This document shows positions 61,195 to 64,000 of a DNA stretch of 64,000 nucleotides, piece by piece; positions within the stretch are counted from its first letter, which is position 1; the number at the start of each line of letters is the position of its first letter. The stretch comes from an uncultured Ruminococcus sp. Its GTDB lineage: Bacteria; Bacillota; Clostridia; Oscillospirales; Acutalibacteraceae. The notes under the pieces were generated by a model. The model worked only from the letters and a program-made list of their open reading frames with translations. It ran no database searches and had not been told where the DNA came from. Location: positions 1,060-65,059 of the forward strand of contig CAZHDW010000013.1 in the NCBI GenBank assembly GCA_964531265.1, read 5' to 3'. The translations under genes and the position numbers were made by a program.

Positions 61195-62007
61195 TCAAAG
61201 AGAAAAAAGCTTTGCGAAATTATCGTAGAGCATTTTTCTGTTATCCTCTTCGCCATAACCCATGGAAAAGAATCTTCCAAGCTCATCCTTTGGCGTCCAC
61301 ATTGGAAAATCAGTTCCGAACATGGTTTTTTCCACACCGAAATGCTCTATGCTGCGACGTGCATCCTCAACGCTGCACGCAAAAAGTGAGCTGCTTGTGT
61401 CGACATACACATTTGTTCCATGCAACACTGCTCTGGCATCATTCCACTCGCGATAACCGCCGAGATGCGCTGCTATGCACACAAAATCCGGCTGCTTCTC
61501 AAGTACATTTGCAAGTCTTCTGGGAGAAGAAAAGTCCATTCTGTCATCCCCCGTGTGGAACAGCACTATCATACCGCGACGAGTGCACTCAGCATAGACT
61601 TCAAGCATGTTCTCGTCATCGATATGGAACCGCTGAAAATCCGGGTGCAGCTTAATTCCTCTGAGCCCCAACGACTGAATTCTGTCAAGCTCCCCTGCGA
61701 TATCGGTAACATCCTGATGCCATGCACCGAGGCCGATGAACTCCGGATATTTTTTGCACTTTTCCGCAATGAAATTATTGATGGATTCCACCTGCTCAAC
61801 CTTGGTCGCGACGGAGCACACGAGAAATCTTTCAATTCCGGCTGCTGTGCCCTCCTCATGCAGAATATGCGGCAGCCCTACCTCATCCATGGGAATATCG
61901 TAGAATTTGCCGACATTGGCCGTGGCCTTTTCCGCTATTTTTCCCGGATATATATGCGCATGTGCATCAGCCACCCTATAAACAACACCGTTATGCGTTA
62001 CTGCCAT
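61195..62007 (-). CDS. Amidohydrolase_2 family metallohydrolase
   Basis: DAHAH, GIKLHPDFQ, AAHLGG, FGTDFP. Confidence 0.9.
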   Translation of the reverse strand: MAVTHNGVVYRVADAHAHIYPGKIAEKATANVGKFYDIPMDEVGLPHILHEEGTAAGIERFLVCSVATKVEQVESINNFIAEKCKKYPEFIGLGAWHQDVTDIAGELDRIQSLGLRGIKLHPDFQRFHIDDENMLEVYAECTRRGMIVLFHTGDDRMDFSSPRRLANVLEKQPDFVCIAAHLGGYREWNDARAVLHGTNVYVDTSSSLFACSVEDARRSIEHFGVEKTMFGTDFPMWTPKDELGRFFSMGYGEEDNRKMLYDNFAKLFSL

Positions 62008-62632
62008 TTTTCTTATCCCTTTCCATTTTTGAATAAATGCATCCGCAAAAATCCTGCCGATAAAGCTCATACTCCTTCGACAGCACTATTGAACGCTTGT
62101 AGCCATCCTTTTTCTTGAAATCAGACGGCAAATGAGCCGCGCCGTATTTCACACCGACCTCTTCCCCTATCTCATTCAGCTTAGCTGCATTTTTCAGCGG
62201 ACTGATCGTCAAAGTGGTCGCAAAATAGTCAAAGCCATACTCTTTTGCGTATTTTGCCGCAGCCTCAAGGCGCAGACGATAGCAGACAAAGCACCTTTCG
62301 CCGCCCTCCGGAATATCCTCCATGCCCTTTACTGCTTCAAAAAAGAGCGCAGGGTCATACTCCGTCCTTATCAGCTTTACAGTCCTTGCTGACGGCATTT
62401 CACGTATTAACCTTTCCAGCTCATCCTCACGCTTTTCAAATTCCGCTTTCGGAGAAATATTCGGATTAAAAAACAACACGGATATGTCAAAGCTCTCCGC
62501 AAGTCTTTCCAGCACGGCGCTTGAGCATGGCGCGCAGCAAGCATGCAAAAGCAGCGACGGCCGCAAAGCCTTTGCTTTGAGCTCATTAATTATCTTATCA
62601 AGTTCTTTTGAGTAATTTCTTATAGTATTCAT
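61991..62632 (-). CDS. queH: Epoxyqueuosine reductase QueH (DUF208)
   Basis: LLLHACCAPCS, RCFVCY, YRQDFCGCIYS. Confidence 0.92.
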   Translation of the reverse strand: MNTIRNYSKELDKIINELKAKALRPSLLLHACCAPCSSAVLERLAESFDISVLFFNPNISPKAEFEKREDELERLIREMPSARTVKLIRTEYDPALFFEAVKGMEDIPEGGERCFVCYRLRLEAAAKYAKEYGFDYFATTLTISPLKNAAKLNEIGEEVGVKYGAAHLPSDFKKKDGYKRSIVLSKEYELYRQDFCGCIYSKMERDKKNGSNA

Positions 62633-62755
62633 GCATTAATTGTATCATAAACAGCAGTCATCCGCAATATCCGTCAGATCAAAAAAATGCAGGACGAAAT
62701 CAAAAACGTTGCAAAAAATAACCAACCACTGTTTTCAATGGTTGGTTCTAGTCTC

Positions 62756-63336
62756 TTATTCACTCAGCATTTGCTGCATTGCCGTATATGAGCTATGGAT
62801 GATTTCACTATAATCCTCGCCGTTGAGATACGATCTATAGCATTTGACCGCCATGCTTTCAAGCTCCGCATTCAGCGCCCCGGAAAAATATGCGACGTTA
62901 TCTGATCTCTTACAGCGCAAACCTCTTCAAAATTTTCATTATCCAGCTTAAACCATTGATTCATGGCTTCCGTTCCTCTCATTTCATGCTGACTGTTCAT
63001 GACGTTCTCATGCATCGGCATGCTTGAGCATTCCAAGCCCTTATATATGTAATCGTGAAAAAGTGTGATACATTCGCTTGTCTGTCAGTTGACATGAGCA
63101 AATCTATAACCTTAAACGCATCTTTCGGGTGCTCTGCATTTCGATTCACTGCCGCAAAGGACGTTATTACAGCAGTATTCCCTCCGTCATCCGAGTACAG
63201 GGGTACAAGGGTCAGTTTATCGTATTCAGTCAAACCGTTTAAAGCTCCACCATACATATTTTGTTCGGTGCGAACCTCTTCCTCGCCTATATCGCCAGTC
63301 CAATTAAACCGCGCGCCGAGATAAGTTTTCGTTCTA
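62756..63336 (-). pseudogene. C-terminal remnant of an extracellular solute-binding-like protein, 5'-truncated and frameshifted
   Basis: TAVITSFAAVNRNAEHPKDAFKVIDLLMS; separate-frame tail ALNAELESMAVKCYRSYLNGEDY...QQMLSE* ending at 62756; in-frame stop upstream at about 63337. Confidence 0.6.
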
Positions 63337-63385
63337 TATTAAGAAATAATAATGGCGAGAAAACCCCGCCATTATCAACATACCT

Positions 63386-63673
63386 TTAATTACAACTCAC
63401 ATAATTAATATATTCATACGTTGTTCTGCCACAACTTCTACACACATTAGTTGCTTTATATCGACTAATAGTATGTGTATGAGCGGTAGAAATCTTTGAA
63501 CATCCATCAACCTGCTGTGTAGTACTAACCAACACGTTCGAAATAGTAGTGACATCATTACTCTTACAACTCTGACACGTAGCTCTTGGTGTTACTGCCG
63601 AGACAGCCATTGCCATAAACGCAAAGATAAGCGACAAGGCCAATATCAATGCAAATATTCTTTTGGCTTTCAT
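63386..63673 (-). CDS. Small secreted Cys-rich protein
   Basis: Signal peptide MKAKRIFALILALSLIFAFMAMAVSA; mature part with 6 Cys; promoter TTGACG-N17-TATCAT (63772 to 63744); own terminator at about 63348-63374. Confidence 0.75.
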   Translation of the reverse strand: MKAKRIFALILALSLIFAFMAMAVSAVTPRATCQSCKSNDVTTISNVLVSTTQQVDGCSKISTAHTHTISRYKATNVCRSCGRTTYEYINYVSCN

Positions 63674-63948
63674 GGTTTCACCCACTCATCATAATTATTC
63701 GACAAAAGGCTGCTAAATATTACGTCCACCTGTCTTTAAAATCATGATAGCACCGCTTCATACATTCGTCAATGAATTTTAGATATTTTGACACACTTAT
63801 GCGCAAAATTAATCTTATAATCAATATTAATTTATTCAATTCTGATAACCCCACCTCTGTTGGGTAAAAATTCAGGATATGTTCAGTTATCTATTTACAA
63901 AGCAACCAGCAGGGTGTATAATTGCAAAAAAATGAAGGATGTGAGCAT

Positions 63949-64000
63949 ATGATAAAGCTACCGAACAATCTGCCGGACATGAGACTCGTTGACAGAGACG
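63949..64000 (+). CDS. Start of an unidentified CDS running off the window
   Basis: AAGGA RBS-like sequence, MIKLPNNLPDMRLVDRD... Confidence 0.4.
   Translation, partial: MIKLPNNLPDMRLVDRD

Overview
Mostly core-chromosome window of a spore-forming Clostridia, probably Oscillospiraceae/Ruminococcaceae-like (inferred from gene content and protein style). Housekeeping loci: cysK, trxA, ctsR-mcsA-mcsB-clpC with a CtsR box, dnaD/dnaC-like pair, prfB, galU, rpsF-ssb-rpsR with its S6:S18 leader, def, queH, tRNA-Thr(CGT) and tRNA-Leu(GAG). Carbohydrate genes: three Gfo/Idh/MocA oxidoreductases, a TIM-barrel sugar-phosphate isomerase/epimerase-family protein, a GH106-like hydrolase, an AraC-linked uncharacterised (alpha/alpha)6 enzyme and fucI plus a class II aldolase. 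Sporulation genes: SASP, a BofC-like protein, a ferritin-like gene with a sigmaG-type promoter and a 41-aa Cys/Gly/Asn-rich peptide missing from the ORF track. An Lsa-like ABC-F gene is also present. No CRISPR array, prophage or intact transposase was seen. The most unusual signals are decayed loci: a TnpB-like N-terminal remnant with an intact-looking promoter followed by a hairpin-rich non-coding tract (omegaRNA candidate), a collapsed Zn-macrodomain/SirTM locus, and a truncated solute-binding protein gene next to a small secreted Cys-rich protein. All family calls come from motif recognition by eye; no database searches were run.
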